Assembly: GCA_022824395.1 (NCBI GenBank)
Contig: JAJDZX010000037.1
Location: 114,985-178,984, forward strand
DNA from: Alphaproteobacteria bacterium
GTDB taxonomy: Bacteria; Pseudomonadota; Alphaproteobacteria; TMED109
DNA: 64,000 nucleotides
Direction of reading: 5' to 3'
Shown here: one piece after another, positions 11,106-20,123 of the stretch
Numbering within the stretch: the first letter of the stretch is position 1
Layout of the letters: each line of letters begins with the position of its first letter
The notes under the pieces: generated by a model
Databases searched by the model: none
Seen by the model: only the letters and a program-made list of their open reading frames with translations
What the model was told of the DNA's origin: nothing
Program-made: the position numbers and the translations under genes

Positions 11106-11726
11106 ATGACGAGTTCGGCCAAGCTGCGCCGTGGTCTCATCGTTCTCGGCAGCGCCGCGTTCGTCCTTGGCTGGTCCGGGGTTGGTGCCGCGGACGACCA
11201 CCCGGCAGTGCTCTCGCTCTCGAGCCTCGTGGCGGACGTCACCGCGCTGACCAAGGTCCCTGACGAACGCCAGGCGGACCGTACGGCGACCGTGCGCCGT
11301 ATCCTCCACGATTACTTCAATCTGCCCCTGATCGGACGGGCCGTTCTCGGTCGCCACTGGCGCTCGATCACCGATGCCCAGAAGGACGCCTACGAGCTCG
11401 CGTTCAGGGAGCACACGGTGCAATTGGTGGACGGCCAGCTGGAACGGATCTTGGGCGGCTCCCTCACGATTCTTCGGACCGTTCCCAGGAACGACCGTGA
11501 GACATTCGTGTACACGCGCTTCCTTCGCGACGGTGACGGGCCGCTGGAAGTGCGGTGGCGATTCCGAAACCGGAAGGAAGATGGCGCCCCCCGCATCGTC
11601 GACGTGACGGTCGAGGGCGTGAGCCTGTTCGCGACCAAGCGGCAGGAATTTGCCGCCATCGTGGAAGCGGAAGGGATCGACGGACTGGTCGCAGCGCTGC
11701 GGGCCATGAACGAGGCATCGTTCTGA
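11106..11726 (+). CDS. mlaC: MlaC/Ttg2D family periplasmic phospholipid-binding protein
   Basis: ORF 10782..11726. The start is set at MTSSAKLRRGLIVLGSAAF, a signal peptide. Contains ILHDYFNLPLIGRAVLGRHW..PRIVDVTVEGVSLFATKRQEFAAIV, typical of the toluene-tolerance Ttg2D family. Confidence 0.8.
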   Translation: MTSSAKLRRGLIVLGSAAFVLGWSGVGAADDHPAVLSLSSLVADVTALTKVPDERQADRTATVRRILHDYFNLPLIGRAVLGRHWRSITDAQKDAYELAFREHTVQLVDGQLERILGGSLTILRTVPRNDRETFVYTRFLRDGDGPLEVRWRFRNRKEDGAPRIVDVTVEGVSLFATKRQEFAAIVEAEGIDGLVAALRAMNEASF

Positions 11727-11806
11727 ATCCGCCGGCGCCTCGCGCCCACGCTGCCGGAAGCGGACCCGAGCGTGGGCGTTTCGCCAAGCTGGGGTTCGCG
11801 CTGGGC

Positions 11807-13261
11807 GTGCTGGCGGTCCTGCTGACGCTGGTTCTCGAGCCACCCGAAGGCCTTGGGGTGCCGGCGTGGCGGCTGGTGGGCGTCGCCTTGCTGATGGCCT
11901 GCTGGTGGATCACGGAGGCGATCCCGATCCCGGCCACGGCGCTGGTGCCATTGGCCTTGTTTCCCCTGCTCGACATCGCGTCCATCCGGGATGCCGGCGA
12001 ACCGTACGGTCACCGCGTCGTATTCCTGCTGATGGGCGGGTTCATGATTGCGCTGGCCATGCAGCGTTGGGGCCTGCACCGCCGGATCGCGCTGAACGTG
12101 GTGTCGCGGGTCGGGGGCGGGCCGCGGCGCATCGTGGCCGGCTTCATGCTGCCGGCTGCCTTTCTCAGCATGTGGATCAGCAATACGGCCGCCGCCACGA
12201 TGATGGTGCCGATCGGGCTCTCCGTGCTCGCCATGTTCCAGCAGGACCCGGACATGAGCGACCGGGGAAAGACGGCCTTCGGCTGTGCGCTCATGCTCGG
12301 GATTGCCTTCGCGGCCAACGTGGGCGGCATGTCGACGCTGATCGGCACCCCTCCGAACGCGGTGCTCGCAGGGGTGCTGCAGGAAACGTTCGGGTACCAG
12401 ATCGGCTTCGTGGAGTGGCTGGCGATCGGGTTGCCGATGACGGTCGTGTTCCTGCCGCTGATCTGGGTCGTCCTGACGCGGGTCTGCTTCCCGGTGCCCG
12501 GTGGCAGCGCCGCCCACCACCACGCGCGCCTCGCGGCCGACACCCGCGCCCTGGGCCCGCTTTCGCGAGCCGAGATCACGGTCCTCCTGACACTGCTGGT
12601 CACGGCCTTGCTCTGGCTCACCCGCCGCACGCTGAACGAACTCGCTCCGACGCTCGCGATCAATGACACCAGCATTGCTGTGTGCGGCGCCCTCGCACTA
12701 TTCCTCCTCCCGGTCGGCCGCGACGCGGAAGGCCGTCGGGAGTTCGCGTTGGATTGGGCGACCGCAATGCGGCTGCCGTGGGGAGTCCTGCTCCTGCTGG
12801 GAGGCGGCTTTTCCCTCGCGGCGGCCATCAAGGCCACCGGCCTCGCGGCCTGGATCGGCGACAGCACTGCCGTGGTCGCGGTCCTGCCGCTGCTCGGGCT
12901 CCTGTTCCTCGTCACGCTGCTGATCGTGCTGCTTACCGAGATCAATTCGAACACGGCGACGACGGCAACCTTCATCCCAGTCCTGGCGGCAGTCGCCGTC
13001 AGCATCGGCGAGAATCCGCTGCTACTTTGCATTCCAGCGACGTTCGCGGCGTCGGCGGCCTTCATGCTGCCCATCGCCACGGCACCCAACGCCGTCGTCT
13101 TCGCTTCCGGTCACGTGCCCAGTTCCGCGATGCTGCGGGCCGGGCTCTTTCTCAATCCACTCGCCACCCTCGTCATCGTCACGCTCGCCTGGTTCCTGCT
13201 GGGGCCGGCACTTGGCGTTGTTCCCGGCGAGCTTCCCGACTGGGCCGTCAATCCCGACTGA
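11807..13261 (+). CDS. DASS/SLC13 family anion (sulfate/di-tricarboxylate):sodium symporter
   Basis: ORF 11555..13261. Contains ..LLMACWWITEAIPIPATALVPLALFPLL.. and MWISNTAAATMMVPI..SNTATTATFIPV. The start is uncertain: the GTG at 11555 overlaps mlaC by 170 nt, the next in-frame ATG/GTG/TTG is the GTG at 11807, and a non-canonical start near 11720-11790 is possible. Confidence 0.8.
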   Translation: MLAVLLTLVLEPPEGLGVPAWRLVGVALLMACWWITEAIPIPATALVPLALFPLLDIASIRDAGEPYGHRVVFLLMGGFMIALAMQRWGLHRRIALNVVSRVGGGPRRIVAGFMLPAAFLSMWISNTAAATMMVPIGLSVLAMFQQDPDMSDRGKTAFGCALMLGIAFAANVGGMSTLIGTPPNAVLAGVLQETFGYQIGFVEWLAIGLPMTVVFLPLIWVVLTRVCFPVPGGSAAHHHARLAADTRALGPLSRAEITVLLTLLVTALLWLTRRTLNELAPTLAINDTSIAVCGALALFLLPVGRDAEGRREFALDWATAMRLPWGVLLLLGGGFSLAAAIKATGLAAWIGDSTAVVAVLPLLGLLFLVTLLIVLLTEINSNTATTATFIPVLAAVAVSIGENPLLLCIPATFAASAAFMLPIATAPNAVVFASGHVPSSAMLRAGLFLNPLATLVIVTLAWFLLGPALGVVPGELPDWAVNPD

Positions 13262-13337
13262 CCCGGCGGCTCCGGCCGAAGTCTATGTTTCCGGACGACC
13301 AAGGGTGCCCTCGCGCGGAAGGAGTCGAGTTGATCGC

Positions 13338-14489
13338 ATGCGCATAGCCGTCCTGAAAGAGTTGCGAGCGGGCGAGAACCGCGTCGCCGCCACGCCCGAC
13401 TCGGTGAAACGCTTCTGCGCCAAGGGCGCCACGGTGGCCGTCGAGGCGGAAGCCGGCCTGTCGTCGGGGCTTGCTGACCAGGCCTACGAAGCCGCTGGCG
13501 CCACCCTCTGCCAATCTGCCGAAAGGGCGCTGGAGGGTGCGGACGTCGTTCTCAAGGTCCGCTGCCCGATGATCGAGGCGGAAGGTGCGGACGAGGTCGC
13601 GCGGCTACCGGCCGGGTCCCTGCTGGTGGGGTTCCTCAATCCGCATGGCAATCCCGACAACGTGCGTGCTCTCGCCGCCCAGAACGTCACGGCATTCGCG
13701 GTCGAATTCCTCCCCCGTATCAGCCGAGCACAGTCGATGGACGCCCTGTCGTCACAGTCCAACCTGGCGGGCTACAAGGCCGTGGTGGACGCCGCCGCGA
13801 TGTTGCCGAAGGCCATGCCGATGATGATGACCGCGGCCGGTACGGTGGCGCCGGCGAAGGTGCTCGTGCTGGGCGCCGGCGTCGCGGGCCTGCAGGCCAT
13901 TGCGACGGCCAAGCGCCTGGGAGCGGTCGTGTCCGCCTTCGACGTCCGCCCGGCGGTGCGCGAGCAGGTCGAGAGCCTCGGGGGGCGGTTCATCGAAGTG
14001 GAAACCGCGGGCGAGGAAGCAGAAACCGAAGGCGGCTACGCCCGGGAGATGGGCGAGGACTATCGCCGCCGTCAGCAGGAGCTCATCCACGACGCGGCCC
14101 GCTCCAGCGACGTCGTGATCACCACGGCGCTTATCCCCGGCCGTCCGGCGCCGGTGCTGGTTCCGGAAGCCACCGTCGACGCCATGCGACCCGGTTCCGT
14201 GATTGTCGATCTCGCGGTGGAAGCAGGCGGGAACTGCCCGTTGTCCCGGGCCGGGGAAACGATCGTGCGAAATGCCGTCCAGGTGGTGGGGCCCCGCAAC
14301 CTTCCCGGTACCCTGAGCCACGACACCAGCGCGCTGTACGCGCGGAACCTGTACGCGTTCATGGAGCCCTTGATCGCGGACGACGGCGGGCTGAGCATCC
14401 CGTGGGACGACCCGATCGTCGCCGCCAGCGTCGTGACGCGGGAGGGCGCCGTCGTGCACGAAGCGCTGGAGGACCATGCGAATGGCTGA
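13338..14489 (+). CDS. pntAA: NAD(P) transhydrogenase subunit alpha part 1 (dI)
   Basis: ORF 13212..14489. The start is set at [23 protein letters not shown]. Contains the Rossmann motif [22 protein letters not shown]. Confidence 0.92.
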   Translation: MRIAVLKELRAGENRVAATPDSVKRFCAKGATVAVEAEAGLSSGLADQAYEAAGATLCQSAERALEGADVVLKVRCPMIEAEGADEVARLPAGSLLVGFLNPHGNPDNVRALAAQNVTAFAVEFLPRISRAQSMDALSSQSNLAGYKAVVDAAAMLPKAMPMMMTAAGTVAPAKVLVLGAGVAGLQAIATAKRLGAVVSAFDVRPAVREQVESLGGRFIEVETAGEEAETEGGYAREMGEDYRRRQQELIHDAARSSDVVITTALIPGRPAPVLVPEATVDAMRPGSVIVDLAVEAGGNCPLSRAGETIVRNAVQVVGPRNLPGTLSHDTSALYARNLYAFMEPLIADDGGLSIPWDDPIVAASVVTREGAVVHEALEDHANG

Positions 14490-14808
14490 CCCAACCATCA
14501 TCAACATCACGGTCTTCGTCCTGGCCGTGTTCGTGGGTTACTACGTGGTGTGGTCCGTGACCCCGGCGCTGCACACCCCCCTGATGTCGGTGACCAATGC
14601 GATTTCCGGGATCATCGTGGTGGGGGCTCTCATCGCGCTGGGAATCGCGCCCCACGAGCAGGACGGAGCCACCGGTCCGCTCTCGACCGCCCAGTGGCTG
14701 GGTGTCGCCGCCACGGGGCTTGCGGCCGTCAATATCTTTGGCGGATTCATCGTCACGCAGCGCATGCTCGGCATGTTCAGGCGCAGGGAACCGCGGGGTC
14801 GGTCATGA
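14476..14808 (+). CDS. pntAB: NAD(P) transhydrogenase subunit alpha part 2 (membrane dII-a)
   Basis: 110 aa and hydrophobic. Contains [39 protein letters not shown]. It sits between pntAA and pntB, as in Rhodospirillum-type split enzymes. Confidence 0.9.
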   Translation: MRMADPTIINITVFVLAVFVGYYVVWSVTPALHTPLMSVTNAISGIIVVGALIALGIAPHEQDGATGPLSTAQWLGVAATGLAAVNIFGGFIVTQRMLGMFRRREPRGRS

Positions 14809-16193
14809 CCGCCAACCTCGCCGCCCTGCTCTATCTGGGCGCGGCTGTCTGTTTCATCCTCGCGCTGAAGGGTCTCTCGTCACCGGACAGCGCGCGTCGC
14901 GGGAACCTGTTCGGCATGGCCGGCATGGCCATCGCCGTCATCACCACGCTCCTGCAACCCGGCATGAACCAGCTGGGCTGGACGGTGGTTGCCGGGGGCT
15001 GCGGGGCTGTGGTCGGGACCGTGATCGCGCTCCGGATCGAGATGAAGGCGATGCCGCAGCTGGTCGCGGCATTTCACAGCCTCGTCGGGGTCGCTGCCGT
15101 GCTGGTCGCTTGGGCGGCCCTGTTCGCACCCGATGCGTACGGGATCGGCACTGCAGGCTCCATCCACCTTGCCAGCCGGGTGGAAATGGCGCTGGGGGTC
15201 GTCATCGGTGCCATCACGTTCACGGGTTCCGTGGTGGCGTTCCTCAAGCTGCAGGGGCTGGTCGGCGGCTCACCCACCGTGTTCCCGCTGCAGCACCCGC
15301 TCAACCTCCTCATCGGAGTCGTGATCATCGCCCTGATCGCGCTGTTCGTCCGGGACGAGAACGTGATCTGGTTCGGCGCCATGACGGGCCTCGCGCTGGC
15401 CATCGGAATCCTGCTGATCATTCCCATCGGCGGTGCGGACATGCCCGTCGTGGTCTCCATGCTCAACTCCTACTCGGGCTGGGCCGCGGCGGGCATCGGC
15501 TTCACGCTGCAGAACACCGCACTGATCATCGTGGGCGCGCTGGTCGGCAGCTCCGGCGCCATCCTGTCCTACATCATGTGCCGGGCCATGAACCGGCCGT
15601 TCCTGTCCGTCATTCTTGGCGGGTTCGGCCAGGAGGGCGAGGCAGCCGCGGCCGACCAGGGCGACCGCTCGGCGAAGGGAGGCAACGCGGACGACGCCGC
15701 GTTCATCATGGGCAACGCCTCGGGCGTGATTATCGTGCCGGGGTACGGCATGGCCGTGGCGCAGGCGCAGCACGCGCTGCGGGAGATGGCGGACCTCCTG
15801 AAGGACAGGGGCGTGAGCGTCCGTTACGCCATCCACCCGGTTGCCGGCCGGATGCCGGGACACATGAACGTTTTGCTGGCCGAGGCCACCGTCCCCTACG
15901 AGGACGTGTTCGAACTTGAGGAGATCAACAGTGATTTCTCGGCGAGCGACGTCGCCTTCGTGATCGGCGCCAACGACATCACCAATCCCGCCGCCAGGAC
16001 CGATCCGAGCAGCCCGATTGCCGGCATGCCGATCCTTGACGTCGAGCAATCGAAGACGGTGCTGTTCGTGAAGCGCAGCCTGGCGCCCGGCTACGCGGGC
16101 ATCGATAACGCCGTCTTCTACGCGGACAACACGCTGATGCTCTTCGGGGACGCGAAGAAAATGGTCGAGGACATCGTCCGGGCGCTCCGCTAG
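14805..16193 (+). CDS. pntB: NAD(P) transhydrogenase subunit beta
   Basis: ORF 14550..16193. The start is set at [25 protein letters not shown], with an ATGA overlap onto the pntAB stop. The C-terminal dIII contains [33 protein letters not shown]. Confidence 0.92.
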   Translation: MTANLAALLYLGAAVCFILALKGLSSPDSARRGNLFGMAGMAIAVITTLLQPGMNQLGWTVVAGGCGAVVGTVIALRIEMKAMPQLVAAFHSLVGVAAVLVAWAALFAPDAYGIGTAGSIHLASRVEMALGVVIGAITFTGSVVAFLKLQGLVGGSPTVFPLQHPLNLLIGVVIIALIALFVRDENVIWFGAMTGLALAIGILLIIPIGGADMPVVVSMLNSYSGWAAAGIGFTLQNTALIIVGALVGSSGAILSYIMCRAMNRPFLSVILGGFGQEGEAAAADQGDRSAKGGNADDAAFIMGNASGVIIVPGYGMAVAQAQHALREMADLLKDRGVSVRYAIHPVAGRMPGHMNVLLAEATVPYEDVFELEEINSDFSASDVAFVIGANDITNPAARTDPSSPIAGMPILDVEQSKTVLFVKRSLAPGYAGIDNAVFYADNTLMLFGDAKKMVEDIVRALR

Positions 16194-16202
16194 GTCAGAC
16201 GG

Positions 16203-16994
16203 CTACCAGGAGTTCCGCAGGTCGCGCAGCGCGAGGAACACGGCCTCTTCGTCGAGGCCCTCTGACGTTGCCGTCTCCCCGTCGAGCAGCCGGGCCATCA
16301 CTTCCGGCCGGTCGAGGCGCAGGAACACGTTGACCTCCCGCTCGAGGCCCAGCGTGGTGGGAACGGCCTGATGCGGATCACGACCCCGGACTTCCTCGAG
16401 CAGGGATTGCGCCCGCACGTTGCCGGGCTCGCGGTCGAGCGTGAAGCCGAGATTGTGCTCCAGGTAATCGTGGCCCGGATACAGGGCCACGTCATCCGAA
16501 AGCTTCGCGATGATCGTGCGGAACGTCTGGTACAGCTCCTTGGGATGCCCGCCGTTGTGACAGTTGCCGGCACCGGCGTTGAATAACGTATCGCCGGAAA
16601 ACAGCGACGGCCGGTCCCCGTGCGCAAGCAGGCAAACGTGGCTCATCGTGTGTCCGGGCGTATCCAGCGCCTCCAGCTCGACGCTGCGCCCGACCCGTAT
16701 CGAATCCCCTGCCTTGAGCGCCACATCGATGCCCTCGATGGATGCCCCGGCACCCTCGTGGGCATAGAGTGAAGCTCCGGTGGCCTCGCGCATGCGCGCG
16801 TTGCCGCCGGTGTGGTCCAGATGCTCGTGCGTGTTCACGATCTTGGTGATCGTCCACCCGCGACGTTTGGCCTCGGCCAGGCAAAGGTCCGCCGCCAACG
16901 GGTCCACTGCCAGCGCCTCGCCGGTTTCCTGGCAGGCGATCAGGTAGTTGAAATTACGGTAGTCATTGTCGGTGTAGATTTGAGCGACCTGCAT
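16203..16994 (-). CDS. MBL-fold metallo-hydrolase, hydroxyacylglutathione hydrolase (GloB)-like
   Basis: ORF 16203..17426. The start is set at MQVAQIYTDNDYRNFNYLI (cat at 16992-16994). Contains THEHLDHTGG, DTPGHT, GDTLF and YPGHDY metal-ligand motifs. Confidence 0.82.
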   Translation of the reverse strand: MQVAQIYTDNDYRNFNYLIACQETGEALAVDPLAADLCLAEAKRRGWTITKIVNTHEHLDHTGGNARMREATGASLYAHEGAGASIEGIDVALKAGDSIRVGRSVELEALDTPGHTMSHVCLLAHGDRPSLFSGDTLFNAGAGNCHNGGHPKELYQTFRTIIAKLSDDVALYPGHDYLEHNLGFTLDREPGNVRAQSLLEEVRGRDPHQAVPTTLGLEREVNVFLRLDRPEVMARLLDGETATSEGLDEEAVFLALRDLRNSW

Positions 16995-17153
16995 ATCAGC
17001 TCCGAACGACAGACGCGGGTACCAACCCAAATTATATGGCACTCCGCCGCACACGCTCGGCGAACGGCACGCACCGCTGGACGCCAGTTCTTGCAGTTGC
17101 CGCCCCGGACTTTGGCCGGTACGTTCCCCCTCCGGTCCACGCGGAAGCAGGTA

Positions 17154-17720
17154 ATGCGCATCAAGGGAAATGAAGCCGGCCCCGGCATGGTGATCGAGCA
17201 CCAGGGAAGTATCTGGCGCGTGGTACGGAAGCAGGCAGTGCGAACGGGCAAGGGCGGCGCCTACGCCCAGCTGGAACTCCGCAACCTTGAGAACGGCAGC
17301 AAGCTGAACGAGCGGTTTCGGGCAGCGGAGAATCTCGAGCGCCTGTACATCGAGGGGCGGTCGTTCCAGTACCTCTTCGGCGACGGGAACACGGTCACGC
17401 TGATGGACACGACGACCTACGACCAAACCGAGTTTGCCGCCGCCATGGTCGGTGACGCCCTCCCGTTCCTGCAGGACGGCATGGCGGTCACCGTCGAGTA
17501 CGCGGGGGAGAAACCGGTTGCGATCCGGCTTCCGGAAACCGCCGTCGCGGTCGTTACGGAGACCGAAGCCGTCGTCAAGGGCCAGACCGCCTCGAGTTCA
17601 TTCAAGCCGGCCCTGCTCGACAACGGCGTCCGGACGATGGTGCCGCCGCACGTGGAAACAGGCACCCGCATCGTGGTCAACACGCTGGACGGGTCGTACG
17701 TAGAACGAGCGAAATCCTAG
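17154..17720 (+). CDS. efp: Elongation factor P
   Basis: ORF 16812..17720. The start is set at MRIKGNEAGPGMVIEHQGSIWRVV. The loop is RTGKGGAYAQLELRNL, and the C-terminus reads KPALLDNGVRTMVPPHVETGTRIVVNTLDGSYVERA. Confidence 0.93.
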   Translation: MRIKGNEAGPGMVIEHQGSIWRVVRKQAVRTGKGGAYAQLELRNLENGSKLNERFRAAENLERLYIEGRSFQYLFGDGNTVTLMDTTTYDQTEFAAAMVGDALPFLQDGMAVTVEYAGEKPVAIRLPETAVAVVTETEAVVKGQTASSSFKPALLDNGVRTMVPPHVETGTRIVVNTLDGSYVERAKS

Positions 17721-17738
17721 GGCACTGGGCGGCCGGCC

Positions 17739-18539
17739 GTGCCCTATCCCACCGCGCTCATCAACGTGATGTCCGGGGCCGCCGAAAAAGCGGCGCGCCC
17801 GCTCCGCCGCGATTTCGGAGAAATCGAGAACCTTCAGGTCTCGCTCAAGGGGCCTGACAATTTCGTGACGTCCGCGGACCTGCGGACACAGGAAATCCTG
17901 CACCGCGAGCTCGCCCGCGCCCGGCCGGGCTACGGGTTTCTGATGGAGGAAGGTCTGGAAGAGGCCGGGGACGGCGAGCACCGGTGGATCGTCGATCCCG
18001 TCGACGGAACCCTGAACTTCCTGCGAGGGATCCCTCATTTCGCCATTTCGATCGCCCTCGAGCGCGCTGGCGCGATCGTCGGAGCGTTCGTCCTGGACCC
18101 CATCAAGCACGAAGCGTACTGGGCCGAGAAAGGACGCGGTGCCTACGTCAACGACCGTCGACTTCGCATCACGCCGCGCACGACCCTCGAGGGAGCCGTC
18201 GTCGCACTTGGTCTACCCCACCGGAGCCGCGGAGCCCACGACCTGCACCTCTCGCGTCAGCGCCGGATCATGCGCAAAGTGGCCGGCCTTCGCCGCTTCG
18301 GCGCCGCTGCACTCGATCTGTGCTACGTGGCTTCCGGACGGGTCGACGGCTATTGGGAGACCGGGCTCAACCCGTGGGACATCGCAGGCGGTATGCTGTG
18401 CGTGACCGAGGCAGGCGGTTCCGTCGTCGGGCTCCGGAAGAACACCTGTCCCCTGATCACGGGCGAAGTGATTGCCGGCACTCCCGACGTTGCGATAGCC
18501 CTGCAAGACTGCCTGATGGAGGCTGACCCACACGCTTGA
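17739..18539 (+). CDS. suhB: Inositol monophosphatase family protein (SuhB-like)
   Basis: 266 aa with a GTG start. Contains FVTSADLRTQEIL..EEG..WIVDPVDGTLNFLRGIPHFAISIAL..WDIAGG. Confidence 0.9.
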   Translation: MPYPTALINVMSGAAEKAARPLRRDFGEIENLQVSLKGPDNFVTSADLRTQEILHRELARARPGYGFLMEEGLEEAGDGEHRWIVDPVDGTLNFLRGIPHFAISIALERAGAIVGAFVLDPIKHEAYWAEKGRGAYVNDRRLRITPRTTLEGAVVALGLPHRSRGAHDLHLSRQRRIMRKVAGLRRFGAAALDLCYVASGRVDGYWETGLNPWDIAGGMLCVTEAGGSVVGLRKNTCPLITGEVIAGTPDVAIALQDCLMEADPHA

Positions 18540-18884
18540 CGATGACACCTGTCACGCCAGGGCCCGGGACCAGCCCACCTGCGGTAGAGCACTACGCGCG
18601 TGAGCCAGCCGCCGGGGCACGAAACAGCGACCACGACCGACGTGGCCCGGAGCCGGTTAACTGCCGTCAGGGGCCCCATTGCCCCCCGTCGCCCGACCCG
18701 GGGCAGCTTGTCTTCCTCGGCTTGATGTTTCCATGTTTTTCTGCCATTTCGTCTGTATCTGGTCGCGTCGGACATGATGGGCCGAACATGACCATGCCTG
18801 CCATCTGCAAGCGAGACTGCAGTCCGCCGGACGTGTCCTGGTCCACTTGCGGGTCGACGGCTGGCGGGTGGGCCGCGGCCCAGC

Positions 18885-20114
18885 TTGCGGGAATCAGCAG
18901 TGCATAGTCCTCATCGATTCCTGCTTCGCATGATTGCGTTCGTAGTGGTGTCGGGCGGACTCTCGTCGCTGCTGCTGTCGACGCTCAAAGAAGCCTTCAA
19001 CGCCAATCCGGCGCTGAACGGGCTCATCGCCGGCGTGCTGCTGATCGGGATCGCGTACTCGTTTCGTCAGGTGCTGGCGCTGGTTCCGGAAATCCGCTGG
19101 CTCGAACGCTACGCCTCCGGCATGAGTGTGAACGTCGGCAACTCGCGGCCGCCCAACTTGCTCGCCCCGATCGCCCGCACGTTCACCGACCAGACCAAGG
19201 CCTCTCGCCCGCTGATCTCCGCGCTCTCCATGCGCTCCCTGCTCGACGGCGTGAATTTCCGCCTCGACGAGACCCGCGACATTTCCCGCTACATGATCGG
19301 ACTCCTGATCTTCCTCGGGTTGCTGGGGACCTTCTGGGGGCTGCTCCAGACGGTAAGTTCGTTCGGCGCAGTCATCGGCAATCTCACGATCAGTGAGGGC
19401 GGTGACGTCGCATCGGTATTCGGATCGTTGAAAGCCGGCCTGACCGAGCCGCTCGCCGGAATGGGCACCGCCTTCAGTTCCTCGCTGTTCGGACTCGCGG
19501 GCTCCCTCGTGCTGGGCTTCCTGGACCTGCAGGTGTCTCAGGCGCAGAATCGTTTCTACCTCGACCTCGAAGAGTGGCTGGCCCGTCGGGCCCACGTCTC
19601 CGCGGGGGGGAGCGGCGAAATCGAGTCGGGACACACACCGGTTCCGGTGTACGTGCAGGCCCTGCTCGAGCAAACCGCCGAGAGCATCGATGAGCTTCAA
19701 AAAACTCTCGTCCGGGGCGAGAACGAGCGCCGCAATGTCAGCGAGTCGATGTCTGCCATCGCGACGCAGCTCTCCGCCATCGGCGATCAGCTGCGCAACG
19801 AGCAGTCCTCCGTCATCCGGCAAATCGAACGCATCGCCGACACCGGAAGCAGTCTTGACGAAAACTCCCTGGCGCATCTGCGCAGCGTCGATTCCAGCCT
19901 GAAGCGCCTGGTCGAAGAGAACGCCGCCGGGCAGGAGGCGTTCTTGCAGGGCGTGCGAAGCGAAATCAAACTGCTTGCCCGCACCCTGAGTGCCTCGGTG
20001 CCGGCAACCGAAACCGCGCGGGCAGCACCTAAGGCGACGCGACGTACCTCGACGACCGCCGCCAAATCCGAGGCGAAGCCGCGCGGGGCCCACCAGACCC
20101 GGTCCAAGCGCTGA
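18885..20114 (+). CDS. MotA/TolQ/ExbB proton-channel family protein with long C-terminal helical tail
   Basis: 409 aa. The channel core reads MIGLLIFLGLLGTFWGLLQTV and LAGMGTAFSSSLFGLAGSLVLGFL. About 190 aa of helical, charged sequence follow, ending in a basic tail KATRRTS..RSKR. Start alternatives are TTG 18885, GTG 18900 and ATG 18930. Confidence 0.8.
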   Translation: MRESAVHSPHRFLLRMIAFVVVSGGLSSLLLSTLKEAFNANPALNGLIAGVLLIGIAYSFRQVLALVPEIRWLERYASGMSVNVGNSRPPNLLAPIARTFTDQTKASRPLISALSMRSLLDGVNFRLDETRDISRYMIGLLIFLGLLGTFWGLLQTVSSFGAVIGNLTISEGGDVASVFGSLKAGLTEPLAGMGTAFSSSLFGLAGSLVLGFLDLQVSQAQNRFYLDLEEWLARRAHVSAGGSGEIESGHTPVPVYVQALLEQTAESIDELQKTLVRGENERRNVSESMSAIATQLSAIGDQLRNEQSSVIRQIERIADTGSSLDENSLAHLRSVDSSLKRLVEENAAGQEAFLQGVRSEIKLLARTLSASVPATETARAAPKATRRTSTTAAKSEAKPRGAHQTRSKR

Positions 20115-20123
20115 GCAAACGGC

